A stretch of 64,000 nt of DNA from Thermodesulfobacteriota bacterium (GCA_965203965.1 CBDBDR010000017.1:1376001-1440000), one strand, 5' to 3'. Counted from the stretch's first letter, positions 1 through 12,392 are shown. The notes: a model not told the origin generated them from the letters alone. Numbers and translations: made by a program.

Positions 1-732
<732 letters not shown>

Positions 733-860
733 TTTGCCGACAAAAAATGTTACGGAACGAACTAGTTTTAAGTTATCTGGTACGCGATCAGTTGTATGAT
801 AAAATGTCCCGATATTCAAGAAATTGTTAATTTTCAACTTACTTTGCCTCAAGTATTGAT

Positions 861-1793
861 ATGGAAGTAATTTACAACCCTAAAGAACCACTTACTTTTT
901 CAACGTCAGCCGCAATTGGGAACTTTGACGGGGTTCACTTAGGACACAAACACATTATTGATTTTTTAAGGAAAACTTCATCTGATAAATCTTCAAAATT
1001 ATGCGTTATTACATTTGAGCCTCATCCGCAGAAAGTTTTATCAAAAAAGAACTCGCTGCTCATTATACCGTTTCAAGAAAAAATAAGGTTTCTCGAGAAA
1101 ATGAGAGTGGATGTAACCGTCTGCCTTAATTTTACGAAAGAGTTGTCAGCAATGAGTGCCGAGGATTTTATTGAAAAAATACTCGTCAATACACTGCGTA
1201 TTAAGAATATTGTTGTGGGTCCTGGATTTGTGTTTGGCAATAAAAGGCTGGGAAATACCGAACTACTTGGCAGGCTTGGTGAAATTTATGGATACGATAC
1301 CAAGGTTTTAAGTCCAAAGGTTGCAGATAATGAAATAATAAGCAGCAGTTTGATTCGCCGCCACTTGTCAGATGGGAATATTCAAAGAGTGAACAAACTT
1401 CTGGGCTATAACTATTTTATAATTGGTGTCGTAGTTGAAGGTGAAAAAAGAGGAAGAGAACTAGGCTTTCCAACTGCAAATGTTAAATCTGAATGGGAAT
1501 TGCTCCCAAAACCAGGAGTTTATGCAACTTATGCAATTATTGATAACGCGTATTTTCAGAGTATTACCAATATAGGTTACCGTCCTACATTTGGCAAAGA
1601 TGAGCTCTTGATAGAAACATACATTTTTGATTTCTCAGGAGATATTTACGGTTGTAATATCAGAATTGAACTTGTTAAAAGGCTGAGAGACGAGAAAAAA
1701 TTTGATGGTATGGATAATTTGGTCTCTCAGATAAAACTTGATGTAAAAGACGTCAGGAATATTTTAGAAAGTAGTGAGCCTGCTTCATTATGA
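861..1793 (+). CDS. ribF: Bifunctional riboflavin kinase/FAD synthetase
   Basis: IGNFDGVHLGH, GRELGFPTAN, NIGYRPTF. Confidence 0.96.
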   Translation: MEVIYNPKEPLTFSTSAAIGNFDGVHLGHKHIIDFLRKTSSDKSSKLCVITFEPHPQKVLSKKNSLLIIPFQEKIRFLEKMRVDVTVCLNFTKELSAMSAEDFIEKILVNTLRIKNIVVGPGFVFGNKRLGNTELLGRLGEIYGYDTKVLSPKVADNEIISSSLIRRHLSDGNIQRVNKLLGYNYFIIGVVVEGEKRGRELGFPTANVKSEWELLPKPGVYATYAIIDNAYFQSITNIGYRPTFGKDELLIETYIFDFSGDIYGCNIRIELVKRLRDEKKFDGMDNLVSQIKLDVKDVRNILESSEPASL

Positions 1794-1806
1794 ATTACAC
1801 TGAGCA

Positions 1807-2661
1807 ATGAATGTAAAATCCACAACGAAAATTTATGGAATATTCGGTCATCCGGTTTCACATAGCCTATCTCCCGTAATGCACAATGGTGCATTTAGAG
1901 AGCTTGGTTTTGAAGGTGTCTATGTTGCTTTTGATGTTGACCCGGAAAGTATTGGGGAAGCCGTAAATGCTATCAGGTCGCTTGGTATACATGGCATAAA
2001 TGTAACTGTCCCACATAAAGAGAGCGTTATTATACACCTTGATGAGATTTCTGCCGATGCGAGACTCGTGGGGGCCGTTAATACAATAAGCAACGTGGAA
2101 GGCAGATTGATTGGTTTCAACACGGACGTGAACGGACTGTTAAGGGCGATTAGCGATGATCTGAATTTTTCATTTGAAGAAAAAAAAGTTTTTCTTATTG
2201 GTGCCGGTGGAGCTGCAAGAGCTGTAATAGTTGGACTTGGCAGGAGTTGTGCATCAGAAGTAATTATCGCCAACAGGACTTTGTCCAAGGCAGAACTTCT
2301 TGCAAAGGAATTCAGGGAGCATTTTTCAAGTATCAGTATAAAGACCTTAATACTTCAGGATGAGGAAAAAATAAAAACACATATAAAAAGCTGTGATATT
2401 GTTATAAATGCCTCTTCAACTGGAATGGCAGGAAAAAATTCTCTAGATATTCCCTTGCACCTGCTTTCCAAAGATGCCGTTGTATATGACCTTGTTTATG
2501 AGCCAAGGGATACCCAGCTTGTAAAAGATGCGAACAGAGCTGGAATTTTGGCGTCTTCAGGTCTTAGCATGCTTCTTTATCAGGGGGCAGAGTCATTTAA
2601 AATATGGACGGGTATAGATCCACCCATTCAAACAATGAAAAAAGCTCTGGATACACTGTAA
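1807..2661 (+). CDS. aroE: Shikimate dehydrogenase
   Basis: HSLSPVMHN, NVTVPHKE, GAVNT, NTD, GAGGAARA. Confidence 0.96.
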   Translation: MNVKSTTKIYGIFGHPVSHSLSPVMHNGAFRELGFEGVYVAFDVDPESIGEAVNAIRSLGIHGINVTVPHKESVIIHLDEISADARLVGAVNTISNVEGRLIGFNTDVNGLLRAISDDLNFSFEEKKVFLIGAGGAARAVIVGLGRSCASEVIIANRTLSKAELLAKEFREHFSSISIKTLILQDEEKIKTHIKSCDIVINASSTGMAGKNSLDIPLHLLSKDAVVYDLVYEPRDTQLVKDANRAGILASSGLSMLLYQGAESFKIWTGIDPPIQTMKKALDTL

Positions 2662-2778
2662 AAGCATTCGGACATGACGTTTGTTCCAGTTGTGCTTACA
2701 TCATTTTTGAAGAATTCTGTGTAAATAACGTTTGTTTCAAATAGAATATTTGTTCAAGTAGGAGAACAGGAGTAAGTT

Positions 2779-2976
2779 ATGAAAATTGTAAGTCCAGCTG
2801 GTGAGTTTGACATCATGGTAAGTGAATCAACGGTTGAGAGTGGCAAGATAGTTATCAAGGGTCAGATAGGTGTATGGGACTCTGATATATACATGGAGAC
2901 TTCGGACGTCATAAAACTTACTAAAATATTTCTTAAACCGAGTGTCATCTGGCATCTGATTAAATCTTTATTCTGA
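2779..2976 (+). CDS. Small hypothetical protein
   Basis: 65-aa ORF with GGAG RBS, no competing ORF. Confidence 0.65.
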   Translation: MKIVSPAGEFDIMVSESTVESGKIVIKGQIGVWDSDIYMETSDVIKLTKIFLKPSVIWHLIKSLF

Positions 2977-3238
2977 TTCAGTTATAACCAACCACTAAAA
3001 CAAGAGAAATTGTAGGTTGGAGATTTCTTAATAGCTTTTTGTTTTGCATATTGAATTAAATAGGCCGTTTGAGTCAGATTTTGACGAGCAGATAGAACCC
3101 CTATTTTTAATAACCATTATTGTTAGTGTACTCAATCGGTCTAATGCAGAAGCTATTTACAGAATAACTAACAAAAAGGTGTAAATAGGCGAGGAATGTC
3201 ATTAGTAAATCTTTTGCATTGCTTCATATATGGTGATG

Positions 3239-3739
3239 CTATTTCTCAGACTTATTTTTTGGTGTTTCAATGAAATCCAGTGCAGTGGAATTAATACAGT
3301 ATCTTTTCCCTGTGGGTTTTGGTCCATCATTAAAAACATGGCCAAGATGCTCACCGCATTTGCTTGATACAATTTCCCATCTCAAGTGTCCGAGACTGCG
3401 GTCGGCAACTAATTTAACTGCGTCTTCAGAAATAGGCTTCCAAAAACTGGGCCAGCCAGTTCCGGAGTTGTATTTATGATCGGAGTGAAAAACAGGTTGA
3501 TTGCAACCTGCTGTGATATAAATTCCCTCCTTCTTATTATGCAGTAAGTCGCCTGTATATGGTAGTTCCGTGCCTTTTTGCCAAAGTATTTTGTATTCTA
3601 AAGGGGTTAGTTTTTGTTTCCATTCTTTGTTGCTTAAACCCATTACACCTTCTGGCGATTTGCCTATACTTTCATCAGTCAGAAGAGTTTTTACAAGAAT
3701 AGATGAAATTATTACTAACATAATAAAAAGCCATTTCAT
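3239..3739 (-). CDS. msrB: Peptide methionine (R)-sulfoxide reductase with N-terminal signal/anchor
   Basis: SGTGWPSF, HLGHVFNDGP, RYCINS. Confidence 0.95.
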   Translation of the reverse strand: MKWLFIMLVIISSILVKTLLTDESIGKSPEGVMGLSNKEWKQKLTPLEYKILWQKGTELPYTGDLLHNKKEGIYITAGCNQPVFHSDHKYNSGTGWPSFWKPISEDAVKLVADRSLGHLRWEIVSSKCGEHLGHVFNDGPKPTGKRYCINSTALDFIETPKNKSEK

Positions 3740-4078
3740 TTTTCCACCTAATCATACATTACCATATTTTTCACTCTTCGTCTTGTTTAATTGTCCGCAT
3801 GGGTGGGTAACTAAAGAGAGGAAAAGGAATATAGGGGGATAGACTATCTCGTCAGTTCTTCTGAATTGTCACCCTTTCTAATATTTCTCTTCTGCCCAGC
3901 TTTGGCAGGAAGTTTTTATCCTACTAACCCCTTTGAGTAAGGGAAGACGGAGTGGAATCAAACTCGCTATTTCTGTGAACTCAGACCTGAATTCCCTACG
4001 AATTGGTTCTTGACACAAGACAAAATAAGAATTTTGGGTTAAAGTAACTAACAGTTACAACAGATAAAAATTAGTCCA

Positions 4079-5722
4079 ATGAAAGCGTCTGATATATTTG
4101 TTAAAGCTCTCGAGAAAGAAGGGGTGGAGTATATATTCGGTATTCCGGGTGAAGAAAATCTGGATTTTTTGAACTCTCTCAAAGATTCATCAATAAAACT
4201 TATACTTACACGCCATGAACAAGCCGCTGGATTCATGGCTGCAACTTACGGTAGGCTGACTGGAAAGTTGGGGGTGTGTCTGTCAACTCTGGGGCCGGGT
4301 GCAACTAACTTTGTGACTGCCGCTGCTTATGCACAACTTGGTGGAATGCCCATGATGATGATAACAGGTCAAAAGCCCATAAAAAAGAGCAAACAAGGAC
4401 AGTTCCAAATCGTTGATATAGTAGCTATGATGCATCCGCTCACAAAGTTTACAAAACAGATTGTGGACGTTAGTAATATACCAAGTCTTGTCAGGGAGTC
4501 CGTAAGAATTGCCGAGGAAGAAAGACCGGGCGCCGTTCATCTGGAACTTCCAGAGGATATTGCTGCTGAAAACGGAGAACCTCAATATTACAAAAAATCT
4601 TATACAAAAAGACCCGAAGCAAATCAGGAAACTGTAAGTGCAGCTGTAAGTCTCATATTAAAAGCCAAAAAACCTCTCCTTTTAATAGGTGTGGCAGCGA
4701 ATCGCAACAGGGTGTCTCATTCTTTAAAGAGATTTGTAGATGAAACTGGCATCTTTTTCTTTAATACACAGATGGGTAAAGGTGTTGTTGATGAAAGGAA
4801 TGAAAAGTTTCTGGGGACTGCTGCTTTATCTGACCATGATTATCTTCATTGTGCAATTTCACAAGCAGACCTGATAATTAATGTTGGACACGATGTTATT
4901 GAAAAACCACCGTTTTTTATGAATCCTGAAGGTGTAAAAGTTATTCATGTAAACAACTTCAGTGCTAAGGTTGATGACGTCTATTTCCCCCAAGTAGAAG
5001 TTGTTGGAGATATTGCTGCTTCCATTGATGCAATGCTCAAATTATTGAAAAATAAGAGAGTTGTATGTCCAGATGGTTTTTCCCGTATTAAACAGAATCT
5101 TGACGACTACATATACACAAAGGGTGGCGACACGGGTTTTCCAATAATACCACAAAAGGTTGTTGCAGATATAAGGGAGGTAATGCCCGATGATGGAATA
5201 GTTACTCTTGACAACGGCGTTTATAAAATATGGTTTGCGAGGAATTATAAGGCATATAATCCCAACACTTTGCTTTTAGATAATGCACTGGCAACTATGG
5301 GTGCGGGACTTGCATCCGCCATAGGTGCAAAGATCGTTAAACCTGATAAAAAGGTGCTTGCTGTATGTGGTGATGGTGGATTTATGATGAACTCACAGGA
5401 AATTGAAACTGCCGTCAGGCTTAATTTGGATATTGTCGTAGTAATATTGCGTGATGATGCTTATGGAATGATAAAATGGAAGCAGGCAGGGCAGGGTTTT
5501 GAGGAGTTCGGGCTGGATTACGGCAATCCTGATTTTGTAAAATATGCACGTAGCTACGGTGCTTATGGACACAGAGTTACTTCAAACGAGGACATGTTGT
5601 CTATTCTTGATGGATCTTTGAACAGCAAAGGTGTTCACATTGTGGAAGTACCAGTGGATTATTCCGAGAATGAAAAAGTCTTAATAGATGAACTTCAGAG
5701 TTTAACCTGCGATCTTGTCTAA
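4079..5722 (+). CDS. Acetolactate synthase large subunit-like ThDP enzyme
   Basis: FGIPGEENL, RHEQAAGFMA, GDGGFMMN ThDP motif. Confidence 0.9.
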   Translation: MKASDIFVKALEKEGVEYIFGIPGEENLDFLNSLKDSSIKLILTRHEQAAGFMAATYGRLTGKLGVCLSTLGPGATNFVTAAAYAQLGGMPMMMITGQKPIKKSKQGQFQIVDIVAMMHPLTKFTKQIVDVSNIPSLVRESVRIAEEERPGAVHLELPEDIAAENGEPQYYKKSYTKRPEANQETVSAAVSLILKAKKPLLLIGVAANRNRVSHSLKRFVDETGIFFFNTQMGKGVVDERNEKFLGTAALSDHDYLHCAISQADLIINVGHDVIEKPPFFMNPEGVKVIHVNNFSAKVDDVYFPQVEVVGDIAASIDAMLKLLKNKRVVCPDGFSRIKQNLDDYIYTKGGDTGFPIIPQKVVADIREVMPDDGIVTLDNGVYKIWFARNYKAYNPNTLLLDNALATMGAGLASAIGAKIVKPDKKVLAVCGDGGFMMNSQEIETAVRLNLDIVVVILRDDAYGMIKWKQAGQGFEEFGLDYGNPDFVKYARSYGAYGHRVTSNEDMLSILDGSLNSKGVHIVEVPVDYSENEKVLIDELQSLTCDLV

Positions 5723-5777
5723 TAATTAAAATAACAAACTGAAACAACTTATTAAGTATGTTTATAGAAACGCTTGA

Positions 5778-7193
5778 GTGAACGAGGAAATTAAAGTGGC
5801 AAAAGGAAGACTGCAAGTTTTAACTGCCTACGATGAACAGATCATAAAGGAATTACCTTTTTGTAGTGCAAGAAAAGCAGAGGAAATTCTTGCAACTGCA
5901 AGAGCCGTGGCGGATGATAGAAGCAAGTGGTTAACCAGTGCGGAAAGAATAGAAATTCTTGAGAAAACAAAGTTGGCAGTTCAGCGAAGATATGATGAGA
6001 TCGTCAGGACTGCAGCTATGGAAGGCGGAAAGCCGCTGACTGACACAAGGGTTGAAGTTACAAGAGCAATAAACGGCATACAGGTAGCAATAGAGGAGAT
6101 CGGCAGGCTAACAGGTAAGGAAATAGCTATGAACGTTAACTCAGCTTCCCTTAACCGTATGGCATACACCTTCAGAGAACCCATCGGGGTTGTGGTTGCG
6201 ATCTGTGCATTTAACCATCCGTTCAATCTCTGCATTCATCAGGTGATAACTGCCGTTGCTGCTGGCTGTCCTGTCATTGTTAAACCTGCCTCTACAACGC
6301 CTTTGTCGGCAATAAATCTGGTTGAAATATTGCATGAAAGCGGACTTCCAAAAGAATGGGTTCAGGTGTTAGTGTCAGACAGACACATTGCTGAAAATTT
6401 GGTAACTGATAAAAGGGTTGATTATGTGACCTTTATAGGTTCTGGTAGAGTGGGGTGGTATTTGAGATCAAAACTGGCTCCCGGCACCAGGTGTGCACTT
6501 GAACATGGAGGGTCGGCTCCCGTAATCTTTGAAGCTGATGCAGATATTGAAGATGCTCTTCCACTGTTGGCTAAAGGTGGTTTTTACCATGCGGGACAAG
6601 TTTGTGTTTCTGTTCAAAGGGTTTTTGCTGACACAAAAGTTGCAGAGAAAGTTGCCAACAGGCTTGCAGGAATTGCAAAAAAATTGAAAGTTGGCGACCC
6701 CTTGGACGATAAAACAGACATTGGGCCACTTATACTTCCTGGAGAAGTTGAAAGGGTACATGACTGGGTAGAAGAAGCCGTTAAAAAGGGAGGAAAATTG
6801 ATCTGTGGTGGCAGGAAATTAAGCAGAACTTGCTATGAACCGACTGTTATACTTGATCCTCCTCAAAACGTTAAATTATCACGTGAAGAGATCTTTGGTC
6901 CCGTTATTGCCATTTACAGCTATAAAGATCGCAATGAAGCTATCAAGTTCGCAAACAGTGTCCCACTGTCATTTCAGGCAGCAATATTTACCAAAAATAT
7001 TGATGTAGCACTTGACACAGTTAAGAGGATAAATGCCGCCGCAGTTATGGTAAACGACCACACGGCGTTTAGGGTTGACTGGATGCCCTTCAGGGGTTCA
7101 AAAGAGTCCGGTATTGGAACGGGGGGCATTCCTTATACCATGCACGAGATGACGGAAGAGAAATTGATGGTTATTAGGTCAAGTGTGCTGTAG
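5778..7193 (+). CDS. Aldehyde dehydrogenase family protein
   Basis: FNHP, FIGS, LEHGG, GQVCVS, EEIFGP. Confidence 0.93.
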   Translation: MNEEIKVAKGRLQVLTAYDEQIIKELPFCSARKAEEILATARAVADDRSKWLTSAERIEILEKTKLAVQRRYDEIVRTAAMEGGKPLTDTRVEVTRAINGIQVAIEEIGRLTGKEIAMNVNSASLNRMAYTFREPIGVVVAICAFNHPFNLCIHQVITAVAAGCPVIVKPASTTPLSAINLVEILHESGLPKEWVQVLVSDRHIAENLVTDKRVDYVTFIGSGRVGWYLRSKLAPGTRCALEHGGSAPVIFEADADIEDALPLLAKGGFYHAGQVCVSVQRVFADTKVAEKVANRLAGIAKKLKVGDPLDDKTDIGPLILPGEVERVHDWVEEAVKKGGKLICGGRKLSRTCYEPTVILDPPQNVKLSREEIFGPVIAIYSYKDRNEAIKFANSVPLSFQAAIFTKNIDVALDTVKRINAAAVMVNDHTAFRVDWMPFRGSKESGIGTGGIPYTMHEMTEEKLMVIRSSVL

Positions 7194-7220
7194 ATATTAC
7201 ACAACCTATTTTTGAAATAC

Positions 7221-7439
7221 TTAACCGCCAACTAAGAAGTCAAAAACATTGCCTAAAGTTGAGGAATCTCCTCGGTATATCTCCGTATAGCCACACATAG
7301 TGCAAGAGACGGTTTGAAATTTCTTATTTTGTATATCAAACAGTTTTGCTAGCCAGCCCCCGGGTGCACGGAATTCACCTCTTTCATAAGTGACATTGTC
7401 ACACTTGGGACAAACATAAGATCTTTGATTGGTTGCCAT
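7221..7439 (-). CDS. Zinc-ribbon small protein (DUF2082-like)
   Basis: CPKC ... CTMCGYTEIY, LFDIQNKKF. Confidence 0.85.
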   Translation of the reverse strand: MATNQRSYVCPKCDNVTYERGEFRAPGGWLAKLFDIQNKKFQTVSCTMCGYTEIYRGDSSTLGNVFDFLVGG

Positions 7440-7543
7440 TTGGTTCTTTTTTTTAAGAATATATTATAGAAAAGTGGTTTTCAAGCATTGGGAATATTGT
7501 TTATTGATTAACACACCCCTTAAATTATAATCTTTTTTCACTA

Positions 7544-9337
7544 ATGAAACTCAAGTATATCCGCAACTTTTCTATTATTGCGCACGTTGACCACGGCAAA
7601 TCCACTTTAGCAGATAGAGTTCTTGAATATACGGGAACAATTTCCGAGCGAGATAGGACTGCACAATTCCTTGACAACATGGATCTGGAGCGTGAAAGAG
7701 GAATAACCATAAAAGCTCAGGCGGTCAGAGTTAATTATAAATCCGATGATGGGAATACTTATGAATTTAACCTGATTGATACGCCCGGTCACGTGGATTT
7801 CAGCTATGAGGTTTCAAGAAGTCTCATAGCTTGTGAAGGTGCTTTGCTGGTGGTTGATGCAACTCAGGGAGTAGAAGCACAGACGGTTGCCAATTCTTAC
7901 CTTGCAGTTGACGCGGGATTGGAACTTATACCCGTGATAAACAAGATAGACCTTCCTGCATCAGAACCGGAAAGGGTTAGAGATGAAATTGAGGAAGTAG
8001 TGGGAATTGATGCCTCAGACGTGATTTATGCAAGTGCCAAGGAAGGAATTGGCACAAAGGAGATACTTGAAGCGATTGTAAAACTTATTCCTCCTCCGAC
8101 TTCCAATGATCAAAAAGAATTGAAAGCCTTGATCTTTGACAGCTGGTTTGATTCCTATCAAGGGGTGGTAATGCTTGTAAGGATATTTGAAGGTGAGTTG
8201 AAACTTGGAATGAATATAAAAATGATGTCAACGGGGAAGGAATACGAGATTAAAACCGTTGGTGCATTTTCTCCTCATGCAGTGGAGCTTGATAAGTTGA
8301 CAACCGGCGAGGTTGGATTTGTTTCAGCTTCAATTAAAGAGGTCAGAGAGGCAAAAGTGGGGGATACGATAACGGGTGCTATTAATTCCACAAAGTTACC
8401 CCTTGAAGGTTTTAAGGTGATGAAACCTATGGTTTTTAGCGGTTTATATCCCATAGATTCGGGAGAATACGCAAAACTGAAAGAAGCATTGGAAAAGTTA
8501 TGGTTAAACGATTCTTCTCTTGTTTTTGAACCGGAAACTTCTGCTGCTCTCGGTTTTGGTTTCAGGTGTGGTTTTCTAGGTTTGCTGCACATGGATATTA
8601 TCCGTGAAAGGGTAGAAAGGGAATTCTATGTTAGCCTAATTACTACTGCTCCGACCGTTATTTACAAGGCCATCTATAAAGACGGTTCCGTTGTTTTTCT
8701 GGATAATCCAAGCCACCTTCCTTCGGGTGACAGGAAAGCTACGGTGGAAGAGCCTTACATGCTGATCTCCGTGCACACACCCAAAGAGTTTCTCGGCTCC
8801 ATTTTTAAGTTATGTGAGGAAAGGAGAGGTACCCAGAGTAATTTAAGATATATAAATCAGGACAGGGTGATCGTTGAATATGAGTTACCGCTTGCGGAAA
8901 TAGTATATGATTTTTACGACAGGCTTAAATCGGTTTCAAAAGGCTATGCCTCAATGGACTATGAGCCTATTGGTTATAAAAGTTCAAATCTGATCAAATT
9001 GGACGTTCTTGTAAACGGTGAATCAGTTGATGCTCTTTCTGTTATTGTTCACAAGGACAATGCTTATTACAGAGGTAGAGAATTGATTGAGAAATTGAGA
9101 TCATTGATCCCGAGGCAGCTTTATGAAGTGGTTATACAGGCGGCTGTTGGAAGTAAGATAATTGCAAGAGAGTCGGTAAGGGCTCTAAGAAAAGACGTTA
9201 CTGCTAAATGCTACGGTGGCGATATTACCAGAAAGAGGAAACTGCTTGAGAAGCAGAAAGAGGGGAAAAAGAGAATGAAGCAGGTTGGTAATGTTGAGAT
9301 CCCGCAGGAGGCTTTTCTGGCTGTTTTGAAGACTTAG
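7544..9337 (+). CDS. lepA: Elongation factor 4
   Basis: [45 protein letters not shown]. Confidence 0.99.
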   Translation: MKLKYIRNFSIIAHVDHGKSTLADRVLEYTGTISERDRTAQFLDNMDLERERGITIKAQAVRVNYKSDDGNTYEFNLIDTPGHVDFSYEVSRSLIACEGALLVVDATQGVEAQTVANSYLAVDAGLELIPVINKIDLPASEPERVRDEIEEVVGIDASDVIYASAKEGIGTKEILEAIVKLIPPPTSNDQKELKALIFDSWFDSYQGVVMLVRIFEGELKLGMNIKMMSTGKEYEIKTVGAFSPHAVELDKLTTGEVGFVSASIKEVREAKVGDTITGAINSTKLPLEGFKVMKPMVFSGLYPIDSGEYAKLKEALEKLWLNDSSLVFEPETSAALGFGFRCGFLGLLHMDIIRERVEREFYVSLITTAPTVIYKAIYKDGSVVFLDNPSHLPSGDRKATVEEPYMLISVHTPKEFLGSIFKLCEERRGTQSNLRYINQDRVIVEYELPLAEIVYDFYDRLKSVSKGYASMDYEPIGYKSSNLIKLDVLVNGESVDALSVIVHKDNAYYRGRELIEKLRSLIPRQLYEVVIQAAVGSKIIARESVRALRKDVTAKCYGGDITRKRKLLEKQKEGKKRMKQVGNVEIPQEAFLAVLKT

Positions 9338-9359
9338 GTGTTGAAAGTCCAAAGAGTTT

Positions 9360-9959
9360 ATGGTTGATATATCAATACTTGAGTTAAAACTTATGGTCAT
9401 TCCTTTTGTTTCTGCATTTATTGGGTGGCTCACAAATTTTATTGCGATCAAATCACTTTTTCACCCAAGATGTCCAACAAAAATTTTTCTAATAACATTT
9501 CATGGACTAATTCCTAAAAGAAAAAATAATTTAGCAAAAGAGATCTCAGAAGCGGTAGATAAACATCTTTTGTCAAGAGAAGATATAGAAAAAATTCTTT
9601 TTGACGAATCTCTAAAAAGAAACTTAGAAAAACAGATCTTTAATGTTATGAAAGAAAAAGTTTGCGAGCATTCACCAAGAATTTTTTCAGCAATGATAGA
9701 CCCGATCTTTTATAATATAGAGAGAAAAAATAGAGGGAAGATAATAAAATTTATTGAAGAAAATTTTTTAGAAAGTGTTTTAGAAAATACGAATACACGA
9801 GAAATAATTGAAGAAAAAATTAAATCTTTTGATGTAATCCGACTGGAAACAATGATTAAAGATATTGCAAAAAGAGAATTGAGGTATATAGAAATTTTAG
9901 GAGGAGTTATTGGATTTCTTGTGGGGTTTGTTCAAATTGGTATCCTTCAAGTTATTTAA
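9360..9959 (+). CDS. DUF445 family membrane protein
   Basis: IGWLTNFIAIKSLFHP ... GLIPKRK; ELRYIEILGGVIGFLVG. Confidence 0.85.
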   Translation: MVDISILELKLMVIPFVSAFIGWLTNFIAIKSLFHPRCPTKIFLITFHGLIPKRKNNLAKEISEAVDKHLLSREDIEKILFDESLKRNLEKQIFNVMKEKVCEHSPRIFSAMIDPIFYNIERKNRGKIIKFIEENFLESVLENTNTREIIEEKIKSFDVIRLETMIKDIAKRELRYIEILGGVIGFLVGFVQIGILQVI

Positions 9960-10059
9960 TTGGTATTCTGACTATCGTATTTGAAAAATTATTTTGTTCC
10001 CAGAATTACACTCAAAGTATCAAGAGGTCAAGTGTGTAAAAAATCTTAAAAAGCTACAT

Positions 10060-11739
10060 TCACTTCATCATCATTTCAGTAATGACTTTCGTTGCACCGC
10101 TTACGGCTTTGGGGTCTGTTTTTATGTTTATCACTGCGGGAAGTTCCGATCTAAATGCTCTTTTTAGAGCTGGTTCAAGATTTTTTATATCGGTAATAGT
10201 TTCACCGTATCCACCCATTGCTTTCGCTATTTTATCAAACTGAACAAAACCAAGATCAACACCCTGCATTTTTTTGATCTTTGGATAAGTGATCTCTATC
10301 TGATGCTTTGTCATTCCCCATGCGGAGTCATTGCACACTATAACTACAAATGGTAAATTGTGTTTTACGGCAGTTTCAATCTCCATAAAATTCATTCCAA
10401 CTGCACCATCTCCTGTTATCAAGACAACTTTTTTGTTGGGATTTGCAGCTTTGGCTCCTAATGCAAACGGTATTCCTACACCCATACATCCGAGTGGTCC
10501 ACCTTTTAAATAATGCCCCGGGGTTTCAACTTGATAAGTTATGTCTGTCCATGATTGGCAATCACCACCATCTACAACGGCTATCGCATCATTTTCCATG
10601 AAATCACTTACTACTTTTGCAACTTTTGCGGGATGAATGGCTTTTTTTCTTGAGTTCAGAATTTCTCTTGTAAAAATTTTGTAGTTGTCGCTTTTTATAC
10701 GGTTGGTTTTATTTATCCAATCGGTAAAGCTGAATTTATCTTTTGTTTCAACCAATGCTTTGTTCATTTTCATGATAAAGGATCTTAGGTCGGCAACTAT
10801 TGAAATATCAGCCTTGACATTTCTGCTTATCTCTTCAGGATTGACGTCCACCTGAGCGATTTTTGCTTTTTTGTTAAATGTGTTTCCAAAACCTGCGTAT
10901 ATGCTGAGTCTAACTCCGAGAAGCATTATAAGGTCTGCCTCGGATGAAATTTGTCTGAAACCTTTGGGTGATGATGGACCTGCCACGCCAAAACAGTATT
11001 TGTCAGGGATGGCGCCACGACCCATGTTGAGCGTAAAAGTAGGAACATTCAGGTTTTTTATGAACTCTTCAAGATGAAACTCAGATTTTGAATACCAACT
11101 ACCACTTCCAAATATGATGATCGGCTTTTTAGATTTTTTTAGCAGTTTCAGTAGTTCATCTATTTTATGATCTCCCGGATAGTATGACGTTTCGGGTATT
11201 GAAGTATCATGAATAGAGAGATTATTCTGCTCCGTTTTTGGGTATAAAACCTCGTAAGAAGTTCCAAGGTAAACGGGTCCTGGTCTGCCAGTTACAGATA
11301 TTTTATAAGCCTTTGAGACATATTCGGGAATTCTATTTATATCATAGATGTTCCTTGCCCATTTTGTTACCGGTTTTGCCATTGCTAACTGATCTATTTC
11401 TTGTAGCGAAAGCCTGTCGTTTTCTTCAATACCCGATCTACCGGCAATTAGGATCATGGGAGAATTGGACAGATGGGACCCTGCAAGACCTGTGAGAGCG
11501 TTGGTAAATCCCGGACCTGCTGTAACCAAGCATATCCCCGGGGATCTTGTGAGCCTTCCGTAAGCATCCGCTGCCATTGATGCCCCCTGTTCGTGGTGGG
11601 TATCTATTAGTCTCATTCCCAGGTCTGAGCAGGCTTTGTATATTGGATTTATATGTCCGCCTGCAAGTGTGAATATATTTCTAATACCGAGATCGTAAAG
11701 AGTTTTTGCAAGTAGCCATCCACCCTGTTTTTTTGCCAT
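10060..11739 (-). CDS. ThDP-dependent enzyme (IlvB-like / 2-hydroxyacyl-CoA lyase-like)
   Basis: FTLAGGHI, HHEQGA, GPLGCMGVG, GDGAVGMN. Confidence 0.88.
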   Translation of the reverse strand: MAKKQGGWLLAKTLYDLGIRNIFTLAGGHINPIYKACSDLGMRLIDTHHEQGASMAADAYGRLTRSPGICLVTAGPGFTNALTGLAGSHLSNSPMILIAGRSGIEENDRLSLQEIDQLAMAKPVTKWARNIYDINRIPEYVSKAYKISVTGRPGPVYLGTSYEVLYPKTEQNNLSIHDTSIPETSYYPGDHKIDELLKLLKKSKKPIIIFGSGSWYSKSEFHLEEFIKNLNVPTFTLNMGRGAIPDKYCFGVAGPSSPKGFRQISSEADLIMLLGVRLSIYAGFGNTFNKKAKIAQVDVNPEEISRNVKADISIVADLRSFIMKMNKALVETKDKFSFTDWINKTNRIKSDNYKIFTREILNSRKKAIHPAKVAKVVSDFMENDAIAVVDGGDCQSWTDITYQVETPGHYLKGGPLGCMGVGIPFALGAKAANPNKKVVLITGDGAVGMNFMEIETAVKHNLPFVVIVCNDSAWGMTKHQIEITYPKIKKMQGVDLGFVQFDKIAKAMGGYGETITDIKNLEPALKRAFRSELPAVINIKTDPKAVSGATKVITEMMMK

Positions 11740-11881
11740 TGTTTCTCCGAATTACAAGAAAACAATTTAATCAATTTATTTGTGAGAATGCAAGTAAAAT
11801 TTTTATCACAGCCTTGACACGGAGTAAATTGTGAATAATTTCGAATTGAAGGCAAAAAATCAATTATAGGAGGTAATTGGT

Positions 11882-12295
11882 ATGAATCTAATTTTGAGAA
11901 ATTGGGAACCATTTAATCTGTTAAAAGAGTTTGATGACAGTTTTTTTGATACAAAACCTGCCTCTCCTTGGTCTCCAAGTATAAATATATTGGAGAATGA
12001 AAACAGCTATGTTCTGACGGCAGAGTTGCCAGGCGTCAAAAAAGAAGATATTGAAATTGCTCTGAAAGACAACACTCTTAACTTAAAAGGTGAGAAGAAA
12101 TTTGAGAGAAAGGACGAGAAAGAAAATTATGTTAGGATTGAGAGTAGCTACGGTGAGTTTGAAAGGAGTTTTTACGTATCGGATGATATTGACGTAAGTA
12201 AAGCCGATGCGAGTTTCAAGGAAGGGGTGCTCAGTATAGAGTTGAAAAAGACAGAGGGATTAAAACCCAAGCAGATTAAAGTGCAGGTTAAATAG
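11882..12295 (+). CDS. Hsp20/alpha-crystallin small heat-shock protein
   Basis: AELPGVKKEDI, ESSYGEFERSF, FKEGVLSI; GGAGG RBS. Confidence 0.95.
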   Translation: MNLILRNWEPFNLLKEFDDSFFDTKPASPWSPSINILENENSYVLTAELPGVKKEDIEIALKDNTLNLKGEKKFERKDEKENYVRIESSYGEFERSFYVSDDIDVSKADASFKEGVLSIELKKTEGLKPKQIKVQVK

Positions 12296-12305
12296 GTCAA
12301 ATAGA

Positions 12306-12337
12306 AAGACAGAGGGGTTTAACGGCTCCTCTGTCTT
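12306..12337 (+). terminator. Intrinsic terminator hairpin after hsp20
   Basis: AAGACAGAGGGG...CTCCTCTGTCTT inverted repeat between convergent genes. Confidence 0.75.
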
Positions 12338-12392
12338 GTTAAAACCTTATTTTGTTATTAACATGTTTGTGAAAGGTAGGAAAGTTTGAGGT

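Noticed and set aside
3790..4070. Possible riboswitch upstream of the ALS-like gene
   Set aside because: Only short hairpins; no TPP or other aptamer consensus recognised
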